A stretch of 64,000 nt of DNA. Origin: a phage. The first letter of the stretch is position 1. Each line of letters begins with the position of its first letter. Made by a program: the position numbers and the translations under genes. The DNA is taken from NCBI GenBank assembly GCA_012343875.1, contig GCA_012343875.1_3924.1; one strand, 5' to 3'. A model generated the notes under the pieces. It had not been told where the DNA came from. It saw only the letters and a list, made by a program, of their open reading frames with translations, and made no database searches. This document shows, piece by piece, positions 9,569-18,110 of this stretch.

Positions 9569-9826
9569 GTAAGCCTCTTTTAAGTAACTATTAAGTTTTA
9601 ATCTTTTATCTTAACGTATTCTATACGTTATACTTTAAAGCTTTTTAAAAGCTATTAAATAATCTTTTAAGAGTTTTAAAGTATCTGTATAGTTAAACTG
9701 TTAAGTAACCTTTTAAGTAAAAAACCCACTTCGCAAAGATTAACACCTTGTCAAGTGCATTGTCAACTTGCTTTTTATAATTTTTTGCAGTAATGTATGA
9801 GGTTAATGGTTTTAGAGGGAGTAAAA
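9569..9826. promoter_or_regulatory. divergent promoter region between minus and plus replication operons
   Basis: AT-rich 258-bp gap between divergent gene starts; tandem TTGTCAA at 9748-9766, TATAAT at 9776-9781, CTTTTAAG-type repeats. Confidence 0.5.
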
Positions 9827-12526
9827 ATGGAAAACGTAGATTTTAAAAACTTACATTTAGTTGGTGATACAGAAACTGATGGTTTACTCCTTGAGTTCAC
9901 TAAAGTGCACGTAATGGCTTTCGCAGACTATAAATCTGACGATGAAGAGCCACCTGTATGGGTCTTTACAGATGAACCTATTCTCGGTCACAAGTACACC
10001 AAGTACATCAAGGGTGGCTTACGTGAAGGTATTGAGTTTGCGTTAAAGGCAAAACGTCTTTGCATCCATAACGGTCTCGGTTATGACTGGTGGGTTTTCA
10101 ATCACATTGCACCTGATTTATGGAACTTTGATAACCCAAAGTGTAAACCGTGGAGTAATTTCTTTCAGGATTCTCTTATCCAGTCTCGTGTTCAGTGGAT
10201 GGATAGACCAACTCCAAAGGGTTATAAAGGTGCTCATGGTTTGGCTGCATGGGGTGCTCGTGTTGGTGTTCGTAAACCAGAGATTGAACATTGGGGTGTG
10301 TGGAATGCAGAAATCTTCACTCGTGTTGTAGAAGATATCCGTATTAACGCCAAAACTAAACGGGCACTTGATAATGAGTATCTCAAGCTTAAGAAGTGTG
10401 GCATAGATACTTATGAAACCTACATGCGAGCTAAAGAAACATCTTTCTGGATGAGCCAGCAAGCTATCAATGGTTGGAAAGCTGATAAAGAGCTTATGGA
10501 GTTCCATGTAAAGGAACTTGACAAGTTGACTAATGAGCTTGCTTCAGAGGTTGAACCACATCTACCTCCAACTATTAAGACCAAAGGTAAAGTAACTGGT
10601 GAAGAGTTTGCAAAGGCTTGGAATGAGTATGTTGAAACATTTGGTCATGCAGATGGGTTGAAGAGAATCACCAAGTATCCTAAGACGAAGTACCGTCAAC
10701 AGGTGCGTAACGGTGAGATGCAGACATACGAAATCAAACCATTTGGTAAGCCAACTACAAAGATTTTTAACATTGAAAAGAGAAATTGCTATACACCAAC
10801 CAACTCTGTAACTGGTGAAGAGTACAAGGAAGGCTTTGTAGCAATGAAGGATGCTCGTGCAATTTGCAATGAGTTGAATGCAAAGATTGGTAAGAAATGC
10901 AAAGACTGGAAGCCAGTGAAAACAGTCAAAACTGTGAAGTACTATAACAGTCACGTTGTTAACCACTTTGAACTTGAGTCAAGTCGCTACACAGGTTTGA
11001 TTGATGCACCATATACACCAATTGATTTTGAAGTTTCTCGTATGACTCAGGTAGCAGTTGTTAAAGACTACTTGAAATCAGTTGGTTGGATTCCAGATGA
11101 CTGGAACTACAAGAAAGACTCAGACGGTCGCCCTGTCAAAGTTTGTCGTTTCAAAGACAATAAAAAGATGATTACAAAACATCCTAAGTGGCAGGAGATG
11201 GTAGAACGTTGTGGTTTAAGTTATGTTGAACATGAAGGTGTTCAGTACATTGAGCATAACTGGTCTGTGAAGAAGTACACAGATTTGCTTGAGCCTTGCT
11301 TAATCCGTACTTCACCAAAACTTACTGAATCATCTTATGATACGATTGAAGGTGAGCTTGGACAGAAGATTGCTAAGTACTATACTTTGATGCACCGACG
11401 CAGAACTATTGAGAACTCAAAGGATGATGAAAAAGGTTGGTTGAACCAGATTCGTCCTGATGGTCGCCTTAGTGCTGGTGCAATGGTGTTTGGTACTTCA
11501 ACTGGACGTATGACACAATATGGTATTGTAAACGTACCGTCTGGTGCTGCTGTCTATGGGGAACCAATGAGGGCAGTGTGGATTTGTGAGGAAGGTACTA
11601 ACGTTGTCTCTGTAGATATGAACTCAGCCCAGCTAGTTCTTCTTTGTAACTTTATGGGTGATAAAGACTTCACCAAAGCGGTAACGCAAGGTAAAGAAGA
11701 GATTGAGTTTATTCGTCAAGAAGATGGACGCTATTACTGCAAACATTTTGATGAGTACCTAAACCCAGAAATTGATAAGTACCTTCGCTATGACTCTGAG
11801 AATGACCTGTACGTTGTCTATTCAGGGACTGATGCACATACACTGAACAGTATCTACTTTAGCTTGAACGATGAGCAGGACATCTTGACTTGTCGAGCTA
11901 CTCAGGATGAGAATCTTCTTCATGAGATTAGCAAAGGTCGTAAGAAAGCTAAGAATGGTATCTATGCACTACTGTTTGGTGCAGGTGATGAGAAGTTTGC
12001 TAAGACGATTAAAGCTGCAACTACTCAGGAAGGTGCACTGACTAAACAAACTTACTTTATTCGTTTGCCTAAAATTAAGAAGCTACTAGATGACTTGGAA
12101 GCTGACTACAAAGCAACTAAAAAGGCACTTGAAGAGGTGTTTGGTAAGACTGCTGCAATCTCTAAAGGGGGTTTTGTAAAGGTTGCTGGAGCTTGGTTGT
12201 GGTGTAAATCTCCACACAAACTGTTGAACTACCTTTTGATGGGTTCAGAGGCCCAGATTCAAAATGAGGCAATTAACCTTGCTTGTCGTCGCATGATTGA
12301 CGAAGGGTTGATGAAGCTAAATGGGCGTAAACCAGCTATAGGTGCTCGTTTGCTCTGCGCATATCACGATGAAACAAGTTGGGAATGCCCAGAAAGTATG
12401 ACGGCAGAAGTGAAAGCAGTTACTGACTGGTATTATGGACAAGCTTCTAAAAACTTAGGTCTTAAGAAAGAAACACTTGTTACAGGTACTGGTAAGGTTG
12501 GTAAAAGCTGGCTTGAAGTACACTAA
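9827..12526 (+). CDS. DNA polymerase, family A (Pol I-like) with 3'-5' exonuclease domain
   Basis: VGDTETDGL (Exo I) near N-terminus, long polymerase domain; start moved to ATG 9827 (GGAGGGAG 5 nt upstream) rather than track start 9797. Confidence 0.9.
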   Translation: MENVDFKNLHLVGDTETDGLLLEFTKVHVMAFADYKSDDEEPPVWVFTDEPILGHKYTKYIKGGLREGIEFALKAKRLCIHNGLGYDWWVFNHIAPDLWNFDNPKCKPWSNFFQDSLIQSRVQWMDRPTPKGYKGAHGLAAWGARVGVRKPEIEHWGVWNAEIFTRVVEDIRINAKTKRALDNEYLKLKKCGIDTYETYMRAKETSFWMSQQAINGWKADKELMEFHVKELDKLTNELASEVEPHLPPTIKTKGKVTGEEFAKAWNEYVETFGHADGLKRITKYPKTKYRQQVRNGEMQTYEIKPFGKPTTKIFNIEKRNCYTPTNSVTGEEYKEGFVAMKDARAICNELNAKIGKKCKDWKPVKTVKTVKYYNSHVVNHFELESSRYTGLIDAPYTPIDFEVSRMTQVAVVKDYLKSVGWIPDDWNYKKDSDGRPVKVCRFKDNKKMITKHPKWQEMVERCGLSYVEHEGVQYIEHNWSVKKYTDLLEPCLIRTSPKLTESSYDTIEGELGQKIAKYYTLMHRRRTIENSKDDEKGWLNQIRPDGRLSAGAMVFGTSTGRMTQYGIVNVPSGAAVYGEPMRAVWICEEGTNVVSVDMNSAQLVLLCNFMGDKDFTKAVTQGKEEIEFIRQEDGRYYCKHFDEYLNPEIDKYLRYDSENDLYVVYSGTDAHTLNSIYFSLNDEQDILTCRATQDENLLHEISKGRKKAKNGIYALLFGAGDEKFAKTIKAATTQEGALTKQTYFIRLPKIKKLLDDLEADYKATKKALEEVFGKTAAISKGGFVKVAGAWLWCKSPHKLLNYLLMGSEAQIQNEAINLACRRMIDEGLMKLNGRKPAIGARLLCAYHDETSWECPESMTAEVKAVTDWYYGQASKNLGLKKETLVTGTGKVGKSWLEVH

Positions 12527-12587
12527 TTAGTATTGACAAGGTGCTCATGGAAGAGTACCTTATACTGTATCTTATATAGGAGGGCTT

Positions 12588-12797
12588 ATGAGCCATCGTG
12601 GAAGAACCCATGCAGCGATGATGAAAGGTGCTTCAAAGGAGACTATCAAAAATCGTAAGCAGAAGTTGTTTGAGAGAATGAACAGGTTAATTGACAATTC
12701 ATCTCTTTCAGGTTCTGAGAAGGTTTTCTTGAAAGGTAATCTGAAAAGCATTGCACAAGAACTTATTGACATTGAGTATTGGAGACACCAAAAATGA
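12588..12797 (+). CDS. hypothetical protein (69 aa)
   Basis: ORF track; AGGAGGG upstream. Confidence 0.45.
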   Translation: MSHRGRTHAAMMKGASKETIKNRKQKLFERMNRLIDNSSLSGSEKVFLKGNLKSIAQELIDIEYWRHQK

Positions 12798-13006
12798 CAC
12801 TTGCAGACGTTATCCAACAACTTCATGATAACTGCTATACTCCAGAGTTGATTCAGGAGATGCTTATTGTAGTGATGCCTAGTAAGTTCGTAAAAGGTTT
12901 TAATAATGACTCTTTAAGGTCTGCGCATATCCTTATTGTTGATGGTAAGATTGCAAGGGACCGTACTGGAGTCCTTAAGGGCGAACGTATTAATATTGAC
13001 CTCTGA
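12794..13006 (+). CDS. hypothetical protein (about 70 aa)
   Basis: ATG at 12794 preceded by GGAG; the track start at 12779 is a TTG. Confidence 0.45.
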   Translation: MTLADVIQQLHDNCYTPELIQEMLIVVMPSKFVKGFNNDSLRSAHILIVDGKIARDRTGVLKGERINIDL

Positions 13007-13024
13007 ATATTGGAGATACCGAAA

Positions 13025-13180
13025 ATGAAACGCAAAGTTAAGTTTTTTAATTTATATGGAAGAGTTGGTAAAGGTTTTGACTGGCAACTGTTACGCTCAA
13101 ATGTTAAAAGCAATGAATTAGCACCACTTATCATTCATTATCGACGTACATACAGAGAAGTAGAGCATCGTGAACAGTAA
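13025..13180 (+). CDS. small basic protein (51 aa), not in ORF track
   Basis: ATG 13025 preceded by TTGGAGATACC, matching the RBS context of the preceding gene; fills an otherwise empty gap. Confidence 0.3.
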   Translation: MKRKVKFFNLYGRVGKGFDWQLLRSNVKSNELAPLIIHYRRTYREVEHREQ

Positions 13181-13193
13181 ACAGGGGTGTATT

Positions 13194-13430
13194 ATGTGGA
13201 AATCAGTAATTGCGCTTGGTGTTATTTTTCTATCTGGCTGCAACCCTTCTTATGAAGATAAAAATGCTTCTTACAGCCTCCCACCAGAGATGCAAGATTG
13301 CAGAGTATACAAGTTACATGGTGATGCTATAAGCAGAGATATTGTTGTTGTCAGATGTCCAAACTCCCAAACAACAACATCTTATAGCTATGGCAAAAAT
13401 GGTCAATCACACACTACGGTTATTGAGTGA
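13194..13430 (+). CDS. putative lipoprotein (78 aa)
   Basis: N-terminus MWKSVIALGVIFLSGC has hydrophobic core and lipobox L-S-G-C; start taken at internal ATG 13194. Confidence 0.5.
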   Translation: MWKSVIALGVIFLSGCNPSYEDKNASYSLPPEMQDCRVYKLHGDAISRDIVVVRCPNSQTTTSYSYGKNGQSHTTVIE

Positions 13431-13440
13431 GGGTTTCACG

Positions 13441-13647
13441 ATGGAAGTCCTAGTAAACTATATCTATTGTTATGATGTTGTTCACTCTACTACAACGGTA
13501 GCTCAACGTAACCCAATCGTCCCACGAGAAGGTGAGTTGGTTCGCATTGATGGTTGGACTTACACTGTGGAAAGCATCATTCATAAGTTTGATGTTGCTG
13601 GTGATGTTCAAGTTATTGACGTAGAAATTGGTGGTAAGAGAAAATGA
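13441..13647 (+). CDS. hypothetical protein (68 aa)
   Basis: ATG 13441 preceded by GAGGG; in frame with track ORF 13342..13647. Confidence 0.4.
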   Translation: MEVLVNYIYCYDVVHSTTTVAQRNPIVPREGELVRIDGWTYTVESIIHKFDVAGDVQVIDVEIGGKRK

Positions 13648-13803
13648 AATCTAAGCAAACAATGGCAGATGCAATCTTCACAGTACACAGTTTCGAAAGG
13701 TTGCGCATCAAAGATGCAAAGGATACCCCAAAATGCGTTGTACATTTTATTAAAAGGCGTAGTAACATGTCCTATATGAAATCTGACAAAGGTGAGAGTA
13801 CAA

Positions 13804-14022
13804 ATGGATAAAGATAACAAATATAATAACGCCGTCCTTACAGAAGATGGTGAGCTTGAAACATTCATTCTTCGTGTTGATGGTAAACTATTCCGGTGTC
13901 GTTGTGGGTCAAACTGTTTTCATAAACCAGATAAAAATGACTTAGAGCTTTACGCATGTAATGCTTGCAATACTTGGTATCACTCAGAGGTTAAAAATGA
14001 CAATTCTATACAAACAAAATAA
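13804..14022 (+). CDS. small zinc-ribbon protein
   Basis: CRCGSNCF...CNACNTWYH (C4-type); ATG 13804 preceded by GGTGAGAG. Confidence 0.45.
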   Translation: MDKDNKYNNAVLTEDGELETFILRVDGKLFRCRCGSNCFHKPDKNDLELYACNACNTWYHSEVKNDNSIQTK

Positions 14023-15097
14023 AGATGGCTCTTTTAACGTCTGGTCATGCGTTGCTGTAGGTAACAAAGTTATTACAACCTACGGTAAAGAAAATGGCAA
14101 GATGATGTTTGAAGAGTATACAGCAGAACCTAAAAACATCGGTAAAAAGAATGAGCGTAACGCTGAACAGCAAGCTCTCTTTGAAGTTGCTGCTAAGTAC
14201 AAAAAGCAAGTTGACCGCAAAGGTTATGCTTACACAAAAGAGTCTGCACAGAATACTGAAAAGGCAGGTGTACAGCTTGCTCATGATGCTGCAAAGGTTA
14301 GCCACGCAAAGTATTTGAAGTTCCCTGCTGATGCTCAACCAAAACTTGATGGTGTACGTTGCAGAATTTCAAGAGATGCTGATTCAGTTAGTTTCACGGC
14401 TTATTCTCGTGAGAATACTGTTTACAACGTTCCAGCAGAACTAATCCCAGATTTGCTTTTGCTGCTTAAATTACACCCGCAAGTTGAAGACTTTGATGGC
14501 GAGATTTATGCTCATGGTTGGGACTTAGAAGATATTGTATCTATGATTAAGAATGCTGACAATCCAGACCGTCACCTTCTTAAATTCTACTGGTATGATA
14601 TCTGTGACAATTCAAAATCTTGGCCTGAGCGTCGTGAAGTTATTGATAACTCACCTATTGTTGAGCTTGGGGATGCCTGTAGAGTTGTTCCTGTACAGAC
14701 TATCCGTGTAAATTCTTGGGAAGAGTTTGATGAAGCTCATGATAAGTGGGTTGAAGCTAAGTTTGAAGGTGCAATGTACCGTTCAATCTCTGAAGACTCA
14801 TTCTATGAGTGTTGTCACCGTTCATACTTCTTGATTAAGCACAAGAAGATGCACACTGAAGAGTTTAAAGTGACTGGTGTAAAGACTGATAAACGTGGTC
14901 ATGGTAAGTTCGTTGTAGAGACTCTTCCTAACGTCTTTGTAGATGTCTCATGGAAGACTACTCATGAGAAGAAACAGTATCTTGCTGAGCATCCTGATGA
15001 GTTTATCGGGAAACCTTTAACGGTACAGTTCCAGAAGATGACTCGTAAGGGGTCTTTGCAGTTCCCTGTTGGGCTAGTTATACGAGATTATGAATAA
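13997..15097 (+). CDS. ATP-dependent DNA ligase
   Basis: Adenylation motif I PKLDGVRC (KxDGxR); start taken at ATG 13997 (GAGG upstream). Confidence 0.8.
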   Translation: MTILYKQNKDGSFNVWSCVAVGNKVITTYGKENGKMMFEEYTAEPKNIGKKNERNAEQQALFEVAAKYKKQVDRKGYAYTKESAQNTEKAGVQLAHDAAKVSHAKYLKFPADAQPKLDGVRCRISRDADSVSFTAYSRENTVYNVPAELIPDLLLLLKLHPQVEDFDGEIYAHGWDLEDIVSMIKNADNPDRHLLKFYWYDICDNSKSWPERREVIDNSPIVELGDACRVVPVQTIRVNSWEEFDEAHDKWVEAKFEGAMYRSISEDSFYECCHRSYFLIKHKKMHTEEFKVTGVKTDKRGHGKFVVETLPNVFVDVSWKTTHEKKQYLAEHPDEFIGKPLTVQFQKMTRKGSLQFPVGLVIRDYE

Positions 15098-15103
15098 AAG
15101 TTG

Positions 15104-15131
15104 TTGACATAGAAAATTTGGTGAGTATACT
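15104..15131 (+). promoter_or_regulatory. sigma70-like promoter TTGACA-16-TATACT
   Basis: TTGACA at 15104-15109, 16-nt spacer, TATACT at 15126-15131, immediately after ligase stop. Confidence 0.5.
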
Positions 15132-15139
15132 GAGCAGCA

Positions 15140-15320
15140 TAAACCAACGGGTACTCACCAGCATCACTTAAGAGTCTTTTAAAAGGGTTTTTAAGTGATG
15201 TGTAGCTCGGTCAGGTATGGTGCGGTGGTGTAAGGTGGTGTCAGGTGTAGTATGGTGCTGTGATGTGAGGTATGGGTAGTTAGTCTCAGCTACATTAAAA
15301 TGAGACTTACCTTTTTAAAA
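15140..15320 (+). ncRNA. candidate small RNA (GU-rich, hairpins plus terminator)
   Basis: Downstream of promoter 15104-15131: inverted repeat CATCACTTAA/TTAAGTGATG (15161-15200), GT-rich tract 15208-15280, hairpin AGTCTCA/TGAGACT (15282-15307) followed by T-run; no ORF. Confidence 0.35.
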
Positions 15321-15415
15321 GGTCTTTAAGAGGGTCTTTTAATAAGGTATTGTATGGTGTAGTTTGGTTAGGTATGGTTGGGTGTGGTAAGGTAGGGTAT
15401 GGAAGGATGGCAGTA
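15208..15415 (+). repeat. GT-rich degenerate microsatellite-like blocks (GGTRTGG-type units)
   Basis: Two blocks (15208-15280 and 15343-15415) of reiterated GGTATGG/GGTGTAG/GGTGTGG units, almost C-free on plus strand. Confidence 0.7.
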
Positions 15416-15526
15416 GCCTTATAAAAAATCTGCCAAATAAGCTATAAAATCTGTTGACAAGTCAGGTGTTATAGCTTATTTTTATACTCAATGTAATACA
15501 AAATTTAATATAACTTTGAGGTCATT

Positions 15527-15910
15527 ATGAAAAAGGTTTTATTAGCTGCTGCAATGGTTATGGCAATGAACTTACCAGTCAATGCAACAGAACTTCCAAA
15601 TGTGGACTTATCAGGTGTTCCAGAAGATACTTGCCAGATTGTAAAAGGTGTTGCGCTATCTAAAGGTGAGTTACTTAAACCAATCTCTGAAGAATCTTTG
15701 ACAGAGATGACTGATAAGGTAACTGACTATCAGTATCGTGTTCTTGCAGAGTATTTCCTGCAATCTGCAAACATTAAAGAGAAACACCATGACGATATTG
15801 ATGTACAGGCGATGCTCAACCACCGTATCCAGTTTAAAGAAGATTTGATGCAAAAAGCTATGTATGGTGTTGAGTATTTCTTAGAAAACAGAAGCTGCAC
15901 AGGTATTTGA
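15527..15910 (+). CDS. putative secreted/periplasmic protein (127 aa)
   Basis: N-terminal signal-peptide-like MKKVLLAAAMVMAMNLPVNA. Confidence 0.5.
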   Translation: MKKVLLAAAMVMAMNLPVNATELPNVDLSGVPEDTCQIVKGVALSKGELLKPISEESLTEMTDKVTDYQYRVLAEYFLQSANIKEKHHDDIDVQAMLNHRIQFKEDLMQKAMYGVEYFLENRSCTGI

Positions 15911-15911
15911 T

Positions 15912-16124
15912 ATGGCTCTTAAAAAGTTACATCCCAGAAGCGGTTATGGTAAGATAGTCGATGATACAGACGGCTTTACAGTATTTACAGTCATCTGTCA
16001 AGATGATTCACAGATTGAAAAGGCTCTTGATGATTATCTTAACGATGAACGTGAAAAGGTTAGGGCTACAAACATAGATTCATTAATTGACACTTCACGT
16101 AAACGGAAGAAGAAAGATGAATGA
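15912..16124 (+). CDS. hypothetical protein (70 aa)
   Basis: ORF track. Confidence 0.4.
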   Translation: MALKKLHPRSGYGKIVDDTDGFTVFTVICQDDSQIEKALDDYLNDEREKVRATNIDSLIDTSRKRKKKDE

Positions 16125-16416
16125 AGTTTTTGACCCTTATGCTCCACAAGATGATTGGGAGGCTGACAGAGAGGCTGAAATGGAGAGTTATGTTTGTCCA
16201 ATGGATGTAGACGAAATGAGAGATTTCGTTGCACACCGTTTTAAGAAAGAGATTAAATCCAGAGGTCTTTCTCAAGAGCAAGTTGCTAAAATTTGTGGTA
16301 TCTCTCAGGCTCGCGTATCCAACATAATCCACCTCACTGGTAATGTCTCCCTTGAGTATATGTTGGAAGTATGTGAAAAATTTGGTGTTAATTTCAATTT
16401 AAGGCTGGCAGATTAA
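16117..16416 (+). CDS. putative helix-turn-helix DNA-binding regulator
   Basis: LSQEQVAKICGISQARVSNII resembles XRE/Cro-type HTH; start at ATG 16117 overlapping upstream stop. Confidence 0.5.
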   Translation: MNEVFDPYAPQDDWEADREAEMESYVCPMDVDEMRDFVAHRFKKEIKSRGLSQEQVAKICGISQARVSNIIHLTGNVSLEYMLEVCEKFGVNFNLRLAD

Positions 16417-16417
16417 T

Positions 16418-16777
16418 ATGAAACGTGAAAACATTATCCACTCTGAAAACTTCGCATTAGGCTTTTATGGTGTACCTACTCACCTTGAAAAGTATTATGG
16501 TGTGAAGATTCTCTCCAATCTCATTATGGCTTACAAAGATGGTAAGATTAAGCATACTGAGAAGAAACGTGTCATGGGCTATATGGCTGTAGGTTCAGCA
16601 ATCTCGAACATTAAGCTGGAAACAACTAGCAGTCAGATTGTGAAAGACCACTTCATCAAAGAGCTTTACCAGAATCTTGATGGTGTAGATGTTCAGGCTG
16701 TTTGGCTGGATGTTGACGGTCATAACTACACGAGTTTTGTTTTCAAAAACGACGACATTAAGTGTCTGTTCCCATAA
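16418..16777 (+). CDS. hypothetical protein (119 aa)
   Basis: ORF track. Confidence 0.45.
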   Translation: MKRENIIHSENFALGFYGVPTHLEKYYGVKILSNLIMAYKDGKIKHTEKKRVMGYMAVGSAISNIKLETTSSQIVKDHFIKELYQNLDGVDVQAVWLDVDGHNYTSFVFKNDDIKCLFP

Positions 16778-16790
16778 TAGGTGATTAACT

Positions 16791-17306
16791 ATGATTGATA
16801 TCTACTTACAAGATGCTCATGCAGATTTCCTTAAAACGATGCTTAAAAAGTTTATGGCTTCACAGGGTGATAATGAAGCATCTTTTAAAATAGTCACATG
16901 TGGCGACGAAGCTGGTTTTGTTGAGATTGAACATGAAGATACTGGAAAGACTGTTTGTAAGTTACCTGATAGCATGTTCTCTAACACGTTCTTAACAAAG
17001 ACTAGTATAAATGTTAAGCTTGTGCCTCAGATTGAAACATACTCTGGCACAGATTATCCTAAAGGTTTTAAGTCATTGATGAAGTACTTCTTAGATGACT
17101 TTGTGGGTAATCTTCTGAGGGAGGTAAAAGAAAGTCGTACAGTGTTAACTGTAGAGAACATGGGAGGAACTATAAAGGTTACTTCTGACTGTTTTGTGAT
17201 GAGCCTCTTCGACTTCGTTCCTAAGAACTTTGATGGTATTCTGGATGAAGAAGATGACTGTGTAGACTTTATATTGGTTCTTGAACCAGTTTTTGAGGTT
17301 AAATAA
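16791..17306 (+). CDS. hypothetical protein (171 aa)
   Basis: ORF track. Confidence 0.45.
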   Translation: MIDIYLQDAHADFLKTMLKKFMASQGDNEASFKIVTCGDEAGFVEIEHEDTGKTVCKLPDSMFSNTFLTKTSINVKLVPQIETYSGTDYPKGFKSLMKYFLDDFVGNLLREVKESRTVLTVENMGGTIKVTSDCFVMSLFDFVPKNFDGILDEEDDCVDFILVLEPVFEVK

Positions 17307-17567
17307 ATGAAAATTGAATACTGCTATGAGTCTGATGGAACACCTATCCGATGTCCACATTGTGGATGTACAGACTTGCAAGGTGAGGTAAGTGAAATAG
17401 TCAACGGTCATATCGCTGAAGAGAGTACAAGGTGTACAGGGTGTAATGAAATCATTGCTTTCTGGGCTTATGGTTCATACCAACCTACACCACACTTAAT
17501 CTACCATAGCAATAAAGCTGTGAAGAATGTTATCAACTGGTTCATTAAGAAAGGATTTACAAAATGA
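17307..17567 (+). CDS. small zinc-ribbon protein (86 aa)
   Basis: CPHCGC...CTGCNE CxxC pairs. Confidence 0.45.
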   Translation: MKIEYCYESDGTPIRCPHCGCTDLQGEVSEIVNGHIAEESTRCTGCNEIIAFWAYGSYQPTPHLIYHSNKAVKNVINWFIKKGFTK

Positions 17568-18109
17568 TTAAATTAATCTTTGCAAGTGGTGAAAATGGGG
17601 AGTTTGGTACTCCAACTGGTATGCCGTGGCCTCGACATAAACAGGATATGAAAGAGTTTAAGAGAATCACTAAAAACAACTTAGTAGTGATGGGTAATGA
17701 GACTTTCAAGACTCTGGGTAGTAAACCTTTACCAGAACGTGCAAACCTCATCTTAACAAATTCTGTACCATACTTAGGCATAGACTTTGGCAAAGATGAG
17801 GTAATGTATGCTAAGGCCAGCAAAGAATCCTTTGGAGCATTTTTGAAGTATCTCGATAGCTCTATTGATGAAGATGTCTTTGTAATTGGTGGTGCAGGTG
17901 TCCTTGTCAATGCTTTACCATATGCTGGTGTAGTTTTCCATACAGTTTTCCATAAAGTTACTGAAGAGGCCACTGTGTATTTACCTTTTGAAAACTTCTT
18001 TGAGAAGCTGTATGATAACAGTGTATTTACAAAGGTACAGTCAAAACCATCAGAGGATGGTAAAGCAACCTTTGAAATTTATGTTCCACAAGTAAAAGGA
18101 CACTTTTGA
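17564..18109 (+). CDS. frd: dihydrofolate reductase
   Basis: MPW, FKRITKNNLVVMGNETFKTLG, PLPERANLIL and VIGGAGV align with canonical DHFR motifs. Confidence 0.9.
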   Translation: MIKLIFASGENGEFGTPTGMPWPRHKQDMKEFKRITKNNLVVMGNETFKTLGSKPLPERANLILTNSVPYLGIDFGKDEVMYAKASKESFGAFLKYLDSSIDEDVFVIGGAGVLVNALPYAGVVFHTVFHKVTEEATVYLPFENFFEKLYDNSVFTKVQSKPSEDGKATFEIYVPQVKGHF

Positions 18110-18110
18110 T

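Noticed and set aside
9797-9826. DNA polymerase start at ATG 9797
   Set aside because: ATG 9827 has a strong GGAGGGAG Shine-Dalgarno 5 nt upstream and the exonuclease motif follows closely; the upstream ATG has no RBS.
12534-12575. sigma70 promoter TTGACA...TATACT after the DNA polymerase gene
   Set aside because: The spacer to TATACT is about 23 nt and the 17-nt-spaced hexamer TACCTT is weak; left uncalled.
15208-15415. G-quadruplex-forming sequence in the GT-rich blocks
   Set aside because: G-runs are mostly GG, rarely GGG, and are interrupted by T; the canonical G3+ x4 pattern is absent.
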